A stretch of DNA of 64,000 bases from Octopus sinensis (Eukaryota), in assembly GCF_006345805.1 (NCBI RefSeq), contig NC_042999.1:134416001-134480000 (forward strand), written 5' to 3'. Below, one piece after another: positions 38,781 through 52,850 of the stretch. The notes beneath the pieces were generated by a model. It made no database searches. It saw only the letters and a list, made by a program, of their open reading frames with translations, and was not told the origin of the DNA. The position numbers and the translations under genes were made by a program. Each line of letters opens with the position of its first letter. Within the stretch, counting starts at the first letter, position 1.

Positions 38781-40169
38781 ATACAAAATGTAGAGTGAGT
38801 ACGGATTAGCAGAGTCATTAGAGCGCTGGATAGAATGCTTCGTGATATTTATTCCAACTCCGTGCGCTCTGAGTTCAAATCCTACCAAGTTTAGACTTCC
38901 TTTCATCTTTGGAAGGCCGATAGCAAATATCAATCCGAGTCGGTGGTTTGGCAGAACTGTAAAACCATCGGACCGAATGCCTTACGGCATTTGTTCCGAC
39001 ATTTTATGTTCTGAACTTAAATCCCGCTATCGTCTACTTGGTGTCCGTTTTAACACTACTACCCGGTTTGTTGCCTGCCTTTAATTCAGTCCACTTTGTT
39101 ACAAGCATTCGTTTTAGGTATCCAGGGTGTGAATACTCTCCTCTCTCCCATCAAACTCGGAGACCTTGTAACGGGTTATGAACCATCCTTCTTTCTTGAG
39201 TAAAAAATAAAAGATCATATACTGAAGCAGTACCAATCACTTTTAGATAACCTACAAAGGTCAACATCACTCACATTTATACTTCGCACAGACACATGCA
39301 CACACATATACACGCATACACATACACACGGATACCTATACATGTATATGTGCTTGTGTTGTGTGTGTGCTTGTGGTTATATGTATGCTATACTCGCCGT
39401 AATAGATACACTAGATTTCGTACGATGGGAAAAAGACCTGGAAAAAAAACCAGTATTAGAATTCAGTATAGTACACATAAATCCATTACAATAACTCCAT
39501 TTTCTAAACATAGACATTCAAATAAAAGAAAAACAACTGCTTCATCATATTCGTTTACACGAAATATACAAGAACTGCATATACTTCTACAGAGATGGCG
39601 AATATTCACGCAAATACAAAATATCGATGGTAAAACCTGTCAGTAGAGCATTGACATTCTCCTCTGCAAACGAAACATTTGTTAAAGTAATCCAGAGAAT
39701 ATAACAAACGTGAATTCTAGCAAACTAATACACCGAGTCATAGCACAATACAGTAACATACATCAGATACTAGATTTATTAAAACGCACAAATCACGCGT
39801 AGTATATTATACGAGCAAAACGCCCCCACCCCCATCTAATGGACGGTGCCGAGTTGTTAAACATTTAAACCAAATTTTTCAAAATAACTTGTCCAACCGT
39901 CCCATAGGCATCCCCTTTGAAAAACACTGATTTAACATAAATTTGAGACACCAGCAAAAGAAGAAATAAAGATATACTGTTTTCTATTCCAAAGAAAAAC
40001 GATTTTATTCACACAAATATGCAACCGAAGAGTTTAAAGTACCAGTAATGATAAAGTTGTTGACTGGGAGAACACAAACATGGTTTAAACAGTAAGTTTG
40101 GCAGAAAAGAAACGCGCCTTTAAGTAGTACAAAAACAACAAAAAATTGAAGGTGCAGTTATACACAGGT

Positions 40170-40370
40170 TGACGGAAGAAAAGCAGGACAAAAACGGTTT
40201 TATCGATCGCATTCTCACCTGGAATCGATTTTTGAAACTTTTTCATGACTTATGTGCGCCCTGATACCGTCGGTATCTACATATCAAATTTGAGCGCAAT
40301 CGGATGGAGGACGCCCGAGATCCTAGAAGACACACAACAGACAGACAAAACGGATTTTATATAATAGATG
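40170..40370 (+). mobile_element. Possible non-autonomous Helitron/Helentron-like 3' portion
   Basis: Ends ACAGACAGACAAAACGGATTTTATATAATAGAT, a style seen in such elements; no 5' end identified. Confidence 0.3.
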
Positions 40371-40389
40371 AATCAAATGCAGATTATAT

Positions 40390-40394
40390 ACATA

Positions 40395-40442
<48 letters not shown>

Positions 40443-40495
40443 ATATCGAGAGATTTAGAAATTTAGTATTTTATATATATATATATATATAGATA

Positions 40496-40592
<97 letters not shown>

Positions 40593-40660
40593 CATGTATG
40601 TATATATATATGTGTATATATATATATATTATATAATATATATATATATATGTATATATA
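40390..40660. repeat. Interrupted (TA)n tract flanking the CR1-type LINE
   Basis: Direct reading; (TA)n continues on the other side of the LINE at 43236-43358. Confidence 0.95.
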
Positions 40661-43235
40661 TAACTTAGAATAACTTAGAAAGGTTTTTGGCCAGTATTGG
40701 CCCAGGCCATGTCTAACTTAATAGCACCACCTGGCGAAGTCTTTCAGTTCAGGATTGGGCACCAAGGCCCATTCGAGCAGAGAGTTATTGTTTGCGGAGA
40801 CATATCCGGGTGGTGGGTGGTTTGTCCGGTACTGTTTGAAGGAATTTGTCCAAAGACTTCTTGAATTTTGTGTGGTCAGTTTCTTTTTTGACGTGTCCTG
40901 GTGTAATGTTGAAGAGAGCGGGTCCAATTGAGGTGAAATAGTTGTGCCGTATTGTCGTTATGTGATGCGATTTAGATTTTTGTTGTGGACTGATGGCACG
41001 TGGTCCAAGCCTTGGATGCATTTTGAAGGTGATGCCAACATCATTCGGACAGTGCTGATGGAATATTTTCCACATCATACAGATAATGTAGCGTTCACGG
41101 CGTCGTTGGAGTGAATACAATTTCAGCTTCTCTAGTCTACCCCAGTAGTCAAGGTCTGACATGCCATCTATCTTTTTTGTGATTGACCTTTGGGGAGCTT
41201 CAATTCTCATAAATTTGTTTTGTGTAGGGAGACCACAGTGGACAGCAGTATTCAAGGTGGGGTCGGGCAAAAGTGGAGAAGAGAAGGATAATAGCGTGGG
41301 AATCTCTCGACTGGAAGGTTGAGAATCCAGGAACACATTCTGCGGGCCATGTCAACTTTGCTGCTTATATGTGTAGCCCAGCTTATGTTGTTGTCCACTG
41401 TTACTCCCAGGTCTCTGATGTTGTTGGATGCCATGAGAATTTCTCCAGAAGGAAGAGAGTATGGGAGTTTCAGAGCGTCCTCCCTTCCAAAGTGGATCAG
41501 TTCGAATTTGTCTTCATTTAGCAACATGTTATTCTTTTCCGCCCATTGGACAACAGCCAGTAGGTCTGACTGAAGGTTTATTCGGTCATCCACGCCATTG
41601 ATGACCTTCTGGAGCTTGGAATCATCAGCGAAGGTTCTGATGTTGCTGTGTTTGATGGTGTCAGTAATATCATTTATGTAGATGATGAAGAGAAGTGGGC
41701 CCAACACAGTGCCTTGTGGGACACCACTGCTGACTTTGGCTGGGCTGGATTTGACTCCTTCGACTACAACATGTTGGGTTCTGTTAGAGAGGAAGCACTT
41801 GATCCATTGCAGCAGCTTTCCAGTGACACCAATATTGGACAGCTTCTCAGAAGGATCTTATGATCAACCCTGTCAAAGGCCTTGCTGAAATCAAGGTAGA
41901 TGACATCAGTGTTGGAACCCTCTCCCAAGGCTCTCAAAATGTCATCAAAATGATGCAGTAGCTGCGTCAGGCAATCTCTCCCATTACGGAATCCATGCTG
42001 GTTGGGGTTCAGCATATTATGACTCTCAAGGAAGTGAGTCATACGCGATCTCAGCACCCTCTCAAATATCTTGATGATATGAGAGGTGAGTGAGATTGGA
42101 CGGTAATTCACGGCAAGCGATTTGTTTCCTTTTTTGAAAACTGGGACAACAGACTGGGATAAAAGGTCATCTGGTATATATCCAGCATCCAATGAGTTCC
42201 GCCACAGATTGGCTAGAGGGGGTGCAAGTTGGTTTTGACACATCTTCAAGACACAAGCAGGGAACCTATCGGGACCTACTGCTGAATTATGCTTCATTTC
42301 CTTTATTGCTGCTAAGACATCAGGAGCGCAAATGTTATGTCCGATAAAGTGTATTGGGGAGTAGTAACATCACTGATACAGCCCAGATCAGTCATATCAG
42401 GATTGCTGAAAACAGAGCAATATTGTTTCTGCAATATTTCTCCCATGGTTTTGGCATTGTCTTGAAGAGTACCATTTTCATCAATCAGAGGGCCAACAGT
42501 AGAACCAGTGACTCTGTGTTTTTTGCAAATGAAAAGAACACTTTGGGATTGAGTTTGATCTTCTCAATGGCCCAGGCCTCTTCAGCTCTTCGCTGACTAT
42601 TGATGATAGACATCATGTTGTTTTGGAGTTTATGTTTTTTAATCTCTAGCGACGAGATGGCAGTCAGGTTGGTGTGTTGCTGTTGACAGTATTTCAGCAT
42701 GTTGATCTTTTGTTGATTCTTTTAATTTTCCTTATAAGAGATTTTCTATTTCTAGGGATTCGACACTTAGATTTGTTTGCAGATCTTAATGGGGTGTGTC
42801 TTGCACATATGTTCGTGATGGTGTCTACAAGTGACTGCCAGGACTTTTGATGTTAGTGGTGTGTATGTGTGCGTGAAGGACCAATCGACTTGTGCAAGAT
42901 CATTATTGATCGCTTCCCAGTTTGCATTGTGGAAATCCATAGTGTCAAATGGATGAGCAGGAGGGATGACATTTGTTTTGCATTTTGGCCAGTGAAATCT
43001 CAGATCACAGAGAACCATGTCATGGTCGGAGAGTAGGGTTTTCTCCACTGCAATATTGTGGATAGTATCAGTGTGATTGCTGAAAATTAAGTCTAAGACG
43101 TTTTTGTGACATCTCGTTGGTTCGAGTACCAGTTGGGACAAGAAGAAGTCATCCATGAAGTCAAGAAGCGATTCCACTGCCTCCCTGTCAGGGGTTGAGA
43201 GAGAAGAACCTGGCGGCAGACTGTTTGTAGACCAG
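40661..43235 (-). mobile_element. 5'-truncated CR1-type LINE (APE end plus RT), frameshifted, inserted in (TA)n
   Basis: NVLDLIF...LSDHDMV (APE); AVGPDRFP, NYRPISLTS, QHGFR, YLDFSKAFDRVDH, LGPLLFIIYIND, FADDSKL and LYSLQRRRER (RT and C-terminus). 3' tail is a tandem TTCTAAGTTA. Confidence 0.9.
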
Positions 43236-43308
43236 TATATATATTATATATATATATATTATATATATATATATATATATGTGTGTGGTGTATGTGTGTA
43301 CACACATA

Positions 43309-43359
<51 letters not shown>

Positions 43360-43360
43360 A

Positions 43361-45668
43361 TCAATATAGGGTGGCAAGGAAAATTTTGTAGAATTTTATT
43401 GCCACCAGCGGCCCAGTGGGAAAAAATTAAATAGTCATAGACCATTTTTAAGTTCAACATAACAATTAAGGAACGGCCATAATAGGCCATTCACCCACTA
43501 GAAATAACAGCCAAGCTTCTACCGCAAATAAAGATTAATTCCGTAAACAGGAGAAAATTAAAAAAAACATTTACCCTGTAATTTCTTGTACGGTATACCG
43601 TTTCATCCGCTGTTTAATGGTAAACAACATGATTAAATTAAATCAAGCCAATCTTCCATAAGCCCTCGGATTCTTCAGCAAGAAATAGCTCAAGTCGGAA
43701 CAGATATTTACACGAGGCATACCCAATCTTGCCAAGTCAATATCTGACCTAAAATTTTCAAATCGTCGCACTCGCGCCAATTTATCGGCAGCAAATAAAT
43801 ATCAGCCGTCGATTCCATTACGGAATTAACCAAAAAATTCATAATTAATCAATATAGGGTGGCAAGGAAAATTTTGTAGAATTTTATTGCCACCAGCGGC
43901 CCAGTGGGAAAAAATTAAATAGTCATAGACCATTTTTAAGTTCAACAATAACAATTAAGGAACGGCCATAATAGGCCATTCACCCACTAGAAATAACAGC
44001 CAAAGCTTCTACCGCAAATAAAGATTAATTCCGTAAACAGGAGAAAATTAAAAAAAACATTTACCCTGTAATTTCTTGTACGGTATACCGTTTCATCCGC
44101 TGTTTAATGGTAAACTAACATGATTAAATTAAATCAAGCCAATCTTCCATAAGCCCTCGGATTCAGCAAGAAATAGCTCAAGTCGGAACAGATATTTACA
44201 CGAGCATACCAATCTTGCCAAGTCAATATCTGACCTAAAATTTTCAAATCGTCGCACTCGCGCCAAATTTATCGGCAGCAAATAAATATCAGCCGTCGAT
44301 TCCATTACGGAATTAACCAAAAAATTCATAATTATCAATATAGGGTGGCAAGGAAAATTTTTTGTAGAATTTTATTGCCACCAGCGGCCCAGTGGGAAAA
44401 AATTAAATAGTCATAGACCTTTTTAAGTTCAACAATAACAATTAAGGAACGGCCATAATAGGCCATTCACCCACTAGAAATAACAGCCAAGATTGATTTA
44501 ATTTAATCATGTTAGTTTACCATTAAACAGCGGAATGATGAAACGGTTATACCGTACAAGAAATTACAGGGTAAATGTTTTTTTTAATTTTCTCCTGTTT
44601 ACGGAATTAATCTTTATTTGCGGCGGTAGAAGCTTTGGCTGTTATTTCTAGTGGGTGAATGGCCTATTATGGCCGTTCCTTAATTGTTATTGTTGAACTT
44701 AAAAATGGTCTATGACTATTTAATTTTTTCCCACTGGGCCGCTGGTGGCAATAAAATTCTACAAAATTTTCCTTGCCACCCATATTGATTAATTATGAAT
44801 TTTTTGGTTAATTCCGTAATGGAATCGACGGCTGATATTTATTTGCTGCCGATAAATTTGGCGCGAGTGCGACGATTTGAAAATTTTAGGTCAGATATTG
44901 ACTTGGCAAGATTGGGTATGCCTCGTGTAAATATCTGTTCCGACTTGAGCTATTTCTTGCTGAAGAATCCGAGGGCTTATGGAAGATTGGCTTGATTTAA
45001 TTTAATCATGTTAGTTTACCATTAAACAGCGGATGATGAAACGGTATACCGTACAAGAAATTACAGGGTAAATGTTTTTTTAATTTTCTCCTGTTTACGG
45101 AATTAATCTTTATTGCGGTAGAAGCTTTGGCTGTTATTTCTAGTGGGTGAATGGCCTATTATGGCCGTTCCTTAATGTTATGTTGAACTAAAAATGGTCT
45201 ATGACTATTTAATTTTTTCCCACTGGGCCGCTGGTGGCAATAAAATTCTACAAAATTTTCCTTGCCACCCTATATTGATTAATTATGAATTTTTTGGTTA
45301 ATTCCGTAATGGAATCGACGGCTGATATTTATTTGCTGCCGATAAATTTGGCGCGAGTGCGACGATTTGAAAATTTTAGGTCAGATATTGACTTGGCAAG
45401 ATGGGGTATGCCTCGTGTAAATATCTGTTCCGACTTGAGCTATTTCTTGCTGAAGAATCCGAGGGCTTATGGAAGATTGGCTTGATTTAATTTAATCATG
45501 TTAGTTTACCATTAAACAGCGGATGAAACGGTATACCGTACAAGAAATTACAGGGTAAATGTTTTTTTAATTTTCTCCTGTTTACGGAATTAATCTTTAT
45601 TTGCGGTAGAAGCTTTGGCTGTTATTTCTAGTGGTGAATGGCCTATTATGCCGTTCCTTAATTGTTAT

Positions 45669-45669
<1 letters not shown>
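43361..45669. repeat. Head-to-head array of a ~488-bp unit (~2.3 units forward, ~2.4 reverse; inversion at ~44491)
   Basis: Forward unit starts at 43361, 43849 and 44335; reverse units end at ~44788, 45278 and 45669. Confidence 0.95.
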
Positions 45670-45722
<53 letters not shown>

Positions 45723-45810
45723 GTGTGTGTGTGTGTACACATATATATATGTATAATATATATATTATATATATATAATATATATATTATATATATATAT
45801 ATATTATATA

Positions 45811-46187
45811 TAGGCGCAGGAGTAGCTGTGTGGTAAGTAGCTTGCTTACCGTCCACATTGTTGCGGGTTCAGTCCCACTGCGTGGTACCTTGGACCGACC
45901 AAAGCCTTGTGAGTGGATTTGGTAGACAGAAACTGAAAGAAGCCCGTCGTATATATGTGTATATATATATGTGTGTGTGCTTGTGTGTATGTGATTCTGT
46001 GATTGTGTTTGACATCCGATGTTGGTGTGTTTACGTCCCCGTAACTGAGCGGTTCGGCAAAAAAGAGACCAATAGAATAAGTACCAGGCTTACAAAGAAT
46101 AAGTCGTGGGGTCGATTTGCTCGACTAAAAGGTGGTGCTCCAGCATGCCGCAGTCAAATGACTGAAACAAGTAAAAGAATAAAAGAA
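45811..46187 (+). mobile_element. SINE family A, near full-length
   Basis: TAGGCGCAGGAGTAGCTGTGTGG head and GACTGAAACAAGTAAAAGAATAAAAGA tail. Confidence 0.9.
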
Positions 46188-46196
46188 TATATGTAT

Positions 46197-48630
46197 GAGT
46201 GGCGACATCGGGCTGTTCGGGCTTAGCCCAAGTATAAATTTAGTGAAGTAAACGTGTATTTGCAAGCTGATTTAATTTCTGCCAACACTGACTTAAAGTA
46301 TGTAATTTCAGCCAATACTTGTCAACAAAACAAGCGACAGTCAGATCGCTGATGTTTGTTGTGCACTCCGCTGTCGTTCTTTAATTGCTGTTATTCTGTG
46401 CGTCTGTGTAAAGATCAGTTGTGTTTTCCAGGGTTGCTTTATTTTTCACCATTAACTTAGAAATGGAGAAATACATAGTGCTAGATATAACAAAATAAGC
46501 CATTTGGAGTGAGAAATATTGCGGGAAAACATGAAATTCTTCGAGCAGACAGGCCGATTCTTTCAGCGAAAACTGAAGTTGGAACTTGAACATTCCAGAT
46601 AAAATGGTATGAACAGGTTGATTGGCTTTGTGCAAGCAGCGGCACAGAGAAACTCTGCTACTGCCATTTTTGTTGTTTTAACCAAAAGCTAATCAGTCGT
46701 GTGAATAGATGGAGGCTATAATAATTATAAAACATCTTGGGTGACTGTAAGTATCACAGTAAATCAGCGAGTCATTTAAGTAGTTAAAAGAGCTCGAAAA
46801 CTTTCGGACTGTACGATATTGTGACAGCTTTTCGTGAGTCTGCTAAACTGGAAAAAGAACGGCATAACAAAAGAACTGAACAAAATAGACAATATTTAAA
46901 GTAGTTAACAAATGCAGTGTTATACCTGTGTAAACAAGAGTTGCCTTTACGTGGATATGCTGAAGGAAGTGGCAGTCTTAATAATAGAGGAAATTGTTGT
47001 GAACTATTGCAGTGCTTTGCTGAAATCGACAGCGTGTTTGCTTCTAGACTTTCTACTAAAGTGGGGTCGAAACAGTTTTCAGGAGTCACGAGCACAATAC
47101 AAAATGGCCTAAAACAAGCGACTAGAAATGTCATCTCTGATGAAATTAGAAGCGAAGTTGATAAAGCTCCATTCATGTCTGTACAAGCTGACGAATCTAT
47201 AGACTGTGCAATGCATGCTCAGATCATGATAAGATATATATATATGAAGACAAAACATGTCAACGATTTCTTAGATTCTATGAAGTCAATGATGATAAAA
47301 GTGCTACAAGACTAGCTGATGTGATCGCAGCTGCGTTGAACTATATCAGTGACGCTACAGACAAATTAGTGAACCAGACTTACGACGAAGCAGCTGTAAT
47401 GACAGGAACGCAAAACGGAGTACAGAGCAAGCTAAGGGATTAAAGATTTAAACATGCTCTCTTCATTCATTGCTATGTGCATAAACTTAACTTAGTCTTG
47501 AGTAAAAGTGCCGAGAAGGTGTTTTTTTTTCTCATTTATGTGCATTTAGTAAATTTACATCTTCCAGTACCAAGCGAAACAAACGTTTTCAGGCAGTTTG
47601 ATGTCAGTATTCCATCACTGTGCGAAACAAAATGGTCAAGAACTGTTATCCATAAAACAGTTGCATGAAAACTTGAAAAATGCCTTTGCAAGTGTTCTAG
47701 GCTGTAGGGAAAAGTTTGACACTTTGTCAAACAGATAATCTATTGGAAGAGTTGAATGATCACATTCATGTTTTTCATCAATTGCTTTCATTGCACTTTC
47801 TAAAGCTGGAAAAGTTTTTGATACCAACTAGTGTAAGTTACTCGACATAAAGCATGGTCAGAGTAAACTAAATGACTTTATTCACTGTGTTGACGGTTAT
47901 CGTAAGGACGAACATTATGAAAACATTTTGCGCGATACAGCTGCTGTCATTGAACTGCCAGATGAGTCCGATCCTCCTCTTAGAAAAAAGAGTCAGAGGT
48001 GCACAAATTAATCACAAAACTACCTATTTTGAAATAATTGATAACATTCTAATATCCTTACGAGAGAGATTTTCTGGCATTCAGGAGTATGCATTTTTTC
48101 TAATTACTAGACGTTAATAAGTTTGAAGAGTTTGCTAACTTATTTCCCATCCAACATATGGACTCTCTAGAAAACAAGTATCCCTGCATTTTTTACTGTA
48201 AGAGCTTAGTAAACGAGCTAAAATACATGCATAGTGACAGTGATTTAAAAAAGTGAAAGTCAAACAATTCCTTTCTAGAACTACTCTATAAATAGGAGTT
48301 GACTTCCGCTATGCCGAAATCCATTAAATTAATTAAGCTAGCGCTGACCATCCTTTTATCATCAGTCACTGATAAGAAGTTTCTCAATGTTGGATAGAAT
48401 CCAGTCATAACTGAGAAACAAAATGACCCTAGAAGGGCTGTCTTCGTTGGCTTGTATTTCCATCGAGAAAAGCATTTTGAAGGACTTGGACAAGAATGAG
48501 CTGCATGACAGGATATTACACGAGTTTGCCATCAAAACAAGACGATTGAAGTTCCTGTGCAAATGAAGCGAGTAATTTTAATATTAAAACTATATTTCTG
48601 TCTTGTTAAATCATCAGTGCACATATAAGT
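46197..48630 (+). mobile_element. hAT transposon remnant with DUF4371/ZMYM1-like transposase pseudogene (stop ~48566)
   Basis: WYEQVDWLCASS (TTF-finger-like), LPLRGYAE...NNRGNCCELL, SVQADESID, QTYDEAAVMTG...IHCYVHKLNLVL, and FSMLDRIQS*LRNKMT..LSSLACISIE (hATC). Termini uncertain. Confidence 0.85.
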
Positions 48631-48954
48631 CTGCGGTGTACATTACGTCTCTTGTCCTTTTTATACATATGAAATATATGATGAGCCCGAGTGATGCTGA
48701 TGACCTGGACTCGCCTCTGGTATGTATGCATACGTGTAGGCGTGTGTATGCATGTTTGCATGTATGTACACATACAATATAGAATCACATTTTAAGATAT
48801 TCGTGTGCACTCAGACTTAGGGGTGACCCTTCGCTGCGAAAACAATATTTCGAAAACAACATTGGGCTATGAATGACATCATCGGACCGAATGATGCTTG
48901 CGTTCTGCGTCTTTAGACTTCATCAGCTACGGACATAGAGTCAGCTGTATTACA

Positions 48955-49142
48955 TAAATACATACATACATATATACATACATACATACATACATACATA
49001 CATACATACATACATACATACATACATACATTCATACGTACATACATACATACATACATATATACATACATACATACATACATACGTACGTACATACATA
49101 CATACATACATACATACATACATACATACATACATACATACA

Positions 49143-49170
<28 letters not shown>
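48955..49170. repeat. (TACA)n microsatellite
   Basis: Direct reading. Confidence 0.95.
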
Positions 49171-49175
<5 letters not shown>

Positions 49176-49449
49176 TTGATGTAAAATTGGGAGAGAGTAG
49201 GAAAGTAATAGAGAAAGCAGGAAAAGGACAAGCTACAGAGAAAACGTGTGGGTAATTTACATAGTGACTGAAACACGAAACTGACTGCTCGCATGTACAT
49301 GTATATAGATTGGATGATAGATAACTAACCAAAACAAGATGAGCTCCGCCATGCACATATACGTACGTGAATACATGGTTACGCAAACACAGACACACAC
49401 GCGCACAAACACATATACACAGACATAGATAGAAGATAGACAGACAGAC

Positions 49450-49530
<81 letters not shown>

Positions 49531-49759
49531 TTAGCTATAGATATATGTATGTGCACATGCAAAAAGATGTATATATGTATATGTGTATATATGTCTGTAT
49601 ATATGCAAGTGCGCACGTACGCGCGCTCACCACACACACACAATACTATCTATTCGTACATACGTGCATACGTACAGTCATACACACAGAGACTGGATTA
49701 TCAGTATGCGTGTGGTAGAAAGATGTAGGAGATAGTTATATACGTATATAACAGATATT

Positions 49760-50239
49760 TGTTCATATATATATATATATATATATACATAAATTAATAC
49801 ATGAATACATACATACATGTATATATATATATGTGTGTGTGTGTATGTATGTATATATATATATATATACATACATACACACACATATATATAAATATAT
49901 GTACATATACATATATAAATGTATATGTATATGTATATATAACATATATATATACATGTATACATATATATACATATATATATATATTACATATATATAT
50001 ATACACCACACACATATATATATACATATATATGCATATATATATATATATACATATGTATGTATATATACACACACCACATATATATGTATATACATAA
50101 CACACACACACACATAATATATATATATATATATGATATATATATATAATATATATACTCGTTTGTTCACCCACTCGTACGTACATACGCATACACATAT
50201 AATTTATGTATGTGCGTATCGAAACGTCTATATACATCC

Positions 50240-50325
<86 letters not shown>

Positions 50326-50400
50326 GAATATATATGTGTGTGTGATGTGTGTGTGTGTATGTATATGCACATACATATACGTATACATACACAAACGTAT
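49760..50400. repeat. Long degenerate (TA)/(CA)/(TG) low-complexity tract
   Basis: Direct reading. Confidence 0.9.
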
Positions 50401-50763
50401 CCACATACAACTGACACACATACACCAACACACACAAATACACACAAATGAAAATAAGCAGACACAAACAAATATTCACTAACGCGCACAGCGCACAGAC
50501 GAGGGGTAGAAGGAAACTAGCCATGATAGCAACGACAGGCGAGCCAAAAGTCATTTGTAGAGTGATTTATTAGCTGTCTATTGAAAATACACTTTAATTG
50601 CGCTTAACGTATGTTAATGGCCACCAAAAACGATGGAAAGAGAAAGATTTATTGGTTAAGAAGCCATTGCAGTTTTATGCAAGTCTGCTCCGGCGTGAAC
50701 AGAGTTCTAATATGAAACGAACAGATTGGACCGTAAATCTATCTATTCCCACATAAGAATGTA

Positions 50764-50818
<55 letters not shown>

Positions 50819-50844
50819 TAAATGTATGTGGGTATGTATGTATG

Positions 50845-52054
50845 TTACCCCTCTGCGAAAAGATCTCAGAATTTTAATTGATTTGCTTTTCGCAGGAAGG
50901 AAGTTTCTTCGAAGTATACGTCTCGCTTTTATCCTTCGAAACGTAGAGTAGATGAAACCTTAGCGACTGAAGAAGGGGATTTTTCGTTGTGCTTATTGTC
51001 CTGTATCTCTTTTTTTCTTTTTTGCTTGTCCTGTTCCTTGGTTTGTGTCTATGTTTTTCGTCTCTCTATGTGTTCGACGTCTTTTTGGTGTCCTGTACAC
51101 ATATATGCGTGTATATGTACATGTAGAGGTAGGTACGTACATATATGTTTATATATATGCATATGTTCTATTTTATTAACATATTATACGACTAAACGCA
51201 CGCACCCTATTAAGTAAGATTGTTCTGTTTATCAAGTTAGCCTTGATATTAACTCTCACGCGACTCTGCATCTTTCTTTCTTTCTCTCCCATTCCCTTTT
51301 TCGTCCTTTTTCCCTCACTTAACTTGTCTCTTCCTCTCTATCTCATTCTTCATTCTCTCTCTCCCCCTCACCATTCTTCATGGTCTCCTCGCACCATTCC
51401 CCTTCTTCTCTCTCTCCTCTTGCTCCTCCTCCCCCATTCCCGTCGTCCATCTGCGACGATACTTCCGTCGTAACTGCTATCCTGTCTTTTCTCGCCCGCC
51501 TTCTAAGGCCACTGGTCGACATTCTTTCTCTCTCGTCGTCCACTATAATCCCGTTTGCATTACTTTTTTCGTCAGGCGTAAACAGCCCTTCTTATCTTGT
51601 TCTCCTTGTCCTGTCTCTCACTGTTATATATTTATTTTTCAACTGTTTATATATAATTTTTTTACTGTTTATATGTTTGTACTGTCGTTACCGTCTTGCT
51701 TTTTTTACCATTTTTTACCCCTCTGCGAAAAGATCTCAGAATTTTAATTGATTTGCTTTTCGCAGGAAGGAAGTTTCTTCGAAGTATACGTCTCGCTTTT
51801 ATCCTTCGAAACGTAGAGTAGATGAAACCTTAGCGACTGAAGAAGGGGATTTTTCGTTGTGCTTATTGTCCTGTATCTCTTTTTTTCTTTTTTGCTTGTC
51901 CTGTTCCTTGGTTTGTGTCTATGTTTTTCGTCTCTCTATGTGTTCGACGTCTTTTTGGTGTCCTGTACACATATATGCGTGTATATGTACATGTAGAGGT
52001 AGGTACGTACATATATGTTTATATATATGCATATGTTCTATTTTATTAACATAT
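50845..52054 (+). repeat. Exact 340-bp direct repeat (50845-51184 and 51715-52054)
   Basis: Line-by-line comparison shows no differences; offset 870 bp. Confidence 0.95.
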
Positions 52055-52653
52055 ATATATATGTTTCGCCATGGGCTCTTAGGAGCACAGTTCGATTTGT
52101 TTTTTGCTCCGCCTCTGTTCTGTTTTTGTTTTTCCAACGGATTTCCTTTTTTCTTCCTGAAGAGAAAGACACAATATGGTCCCATTATTCAATCGGATTT
52201 TGGTAATTTGTGCCTTTCGAAACACGTGTAGAATGAAAAAAACGATTTCTGTTCAATCTGCGTTCAGCTCCATTTCTTCAATTCACCAATAATGTTTTAA
52301 TTTCAATTATCCGCACCAACGCACGGTTGCAACGCCAGATGGTTGTACCCCAACCGTGCTGTTACTGCTGTGATTTTTGCTACTAAGGTATCGGTTAAAC
52401 TTTTGATTAATCTACTACAAGATTATTCATCTTTCTATTTCACAATATATATATATATATATATATATGCTCATGCGCGCGCACGCACACACATATAAAC
52501 TTACCTAAATGTGCATCTGTGTTTATATACATGATGTTTATACATATACATACATACTCGTAAATATACAAGTACAAATATATGCGCACGCACGCACGCA
52601 CACACATATGTATGTATGTGTGTGTGTATATATATATATACATATATATTATA

Positions 52654-52689
<36 letters not shown>

Positions 52690-52707
<18 letters not shown>

Positions 52708-52850
52708 TTTATGACGGGCTTCTTTCAGTTTCCATCGAGAAGGCTTTCGTCGACAGGTGGCTATAGCAGAAGATACAGCATATGGCCCAAGGTGCCACAT
52801 GATGGATTGAACTCCGAACCATGTGGTGGGAAACAAGCTTTTTACCACAT
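52690..52850 (-). mobile_element. SINE A 5' half
   Basis: GACGGGCTTCTTTCAGTTTCC...CCCAAGGTGCCAC...GAACCATGTGGT. Confidence 0.7.

Noticed and set aside
43361-45669. CRISPR-like or coding interpretation of the array (repeated 66-aa ORF MNFLVNSVMES...)
   Set aside because: No unique spacers; the ORF has no recognisable motif and is disrupted by indels between copies.
48901-48926. Minus-strand CTGATGA-A-GTC(TAAA)GAC hammerhead-like core
   Set aside because: Followed by GCAGAAC instead of GAAAC, and no stem I or III could be formed.
50520-50760. Non-repetitive stretch with a TGATTTAT (Pbx/Hox-type) motif as a possible enhancer
   Set aside because: A single 8-mer is expected by chance in AT-rich DNA; conservation data are needed.
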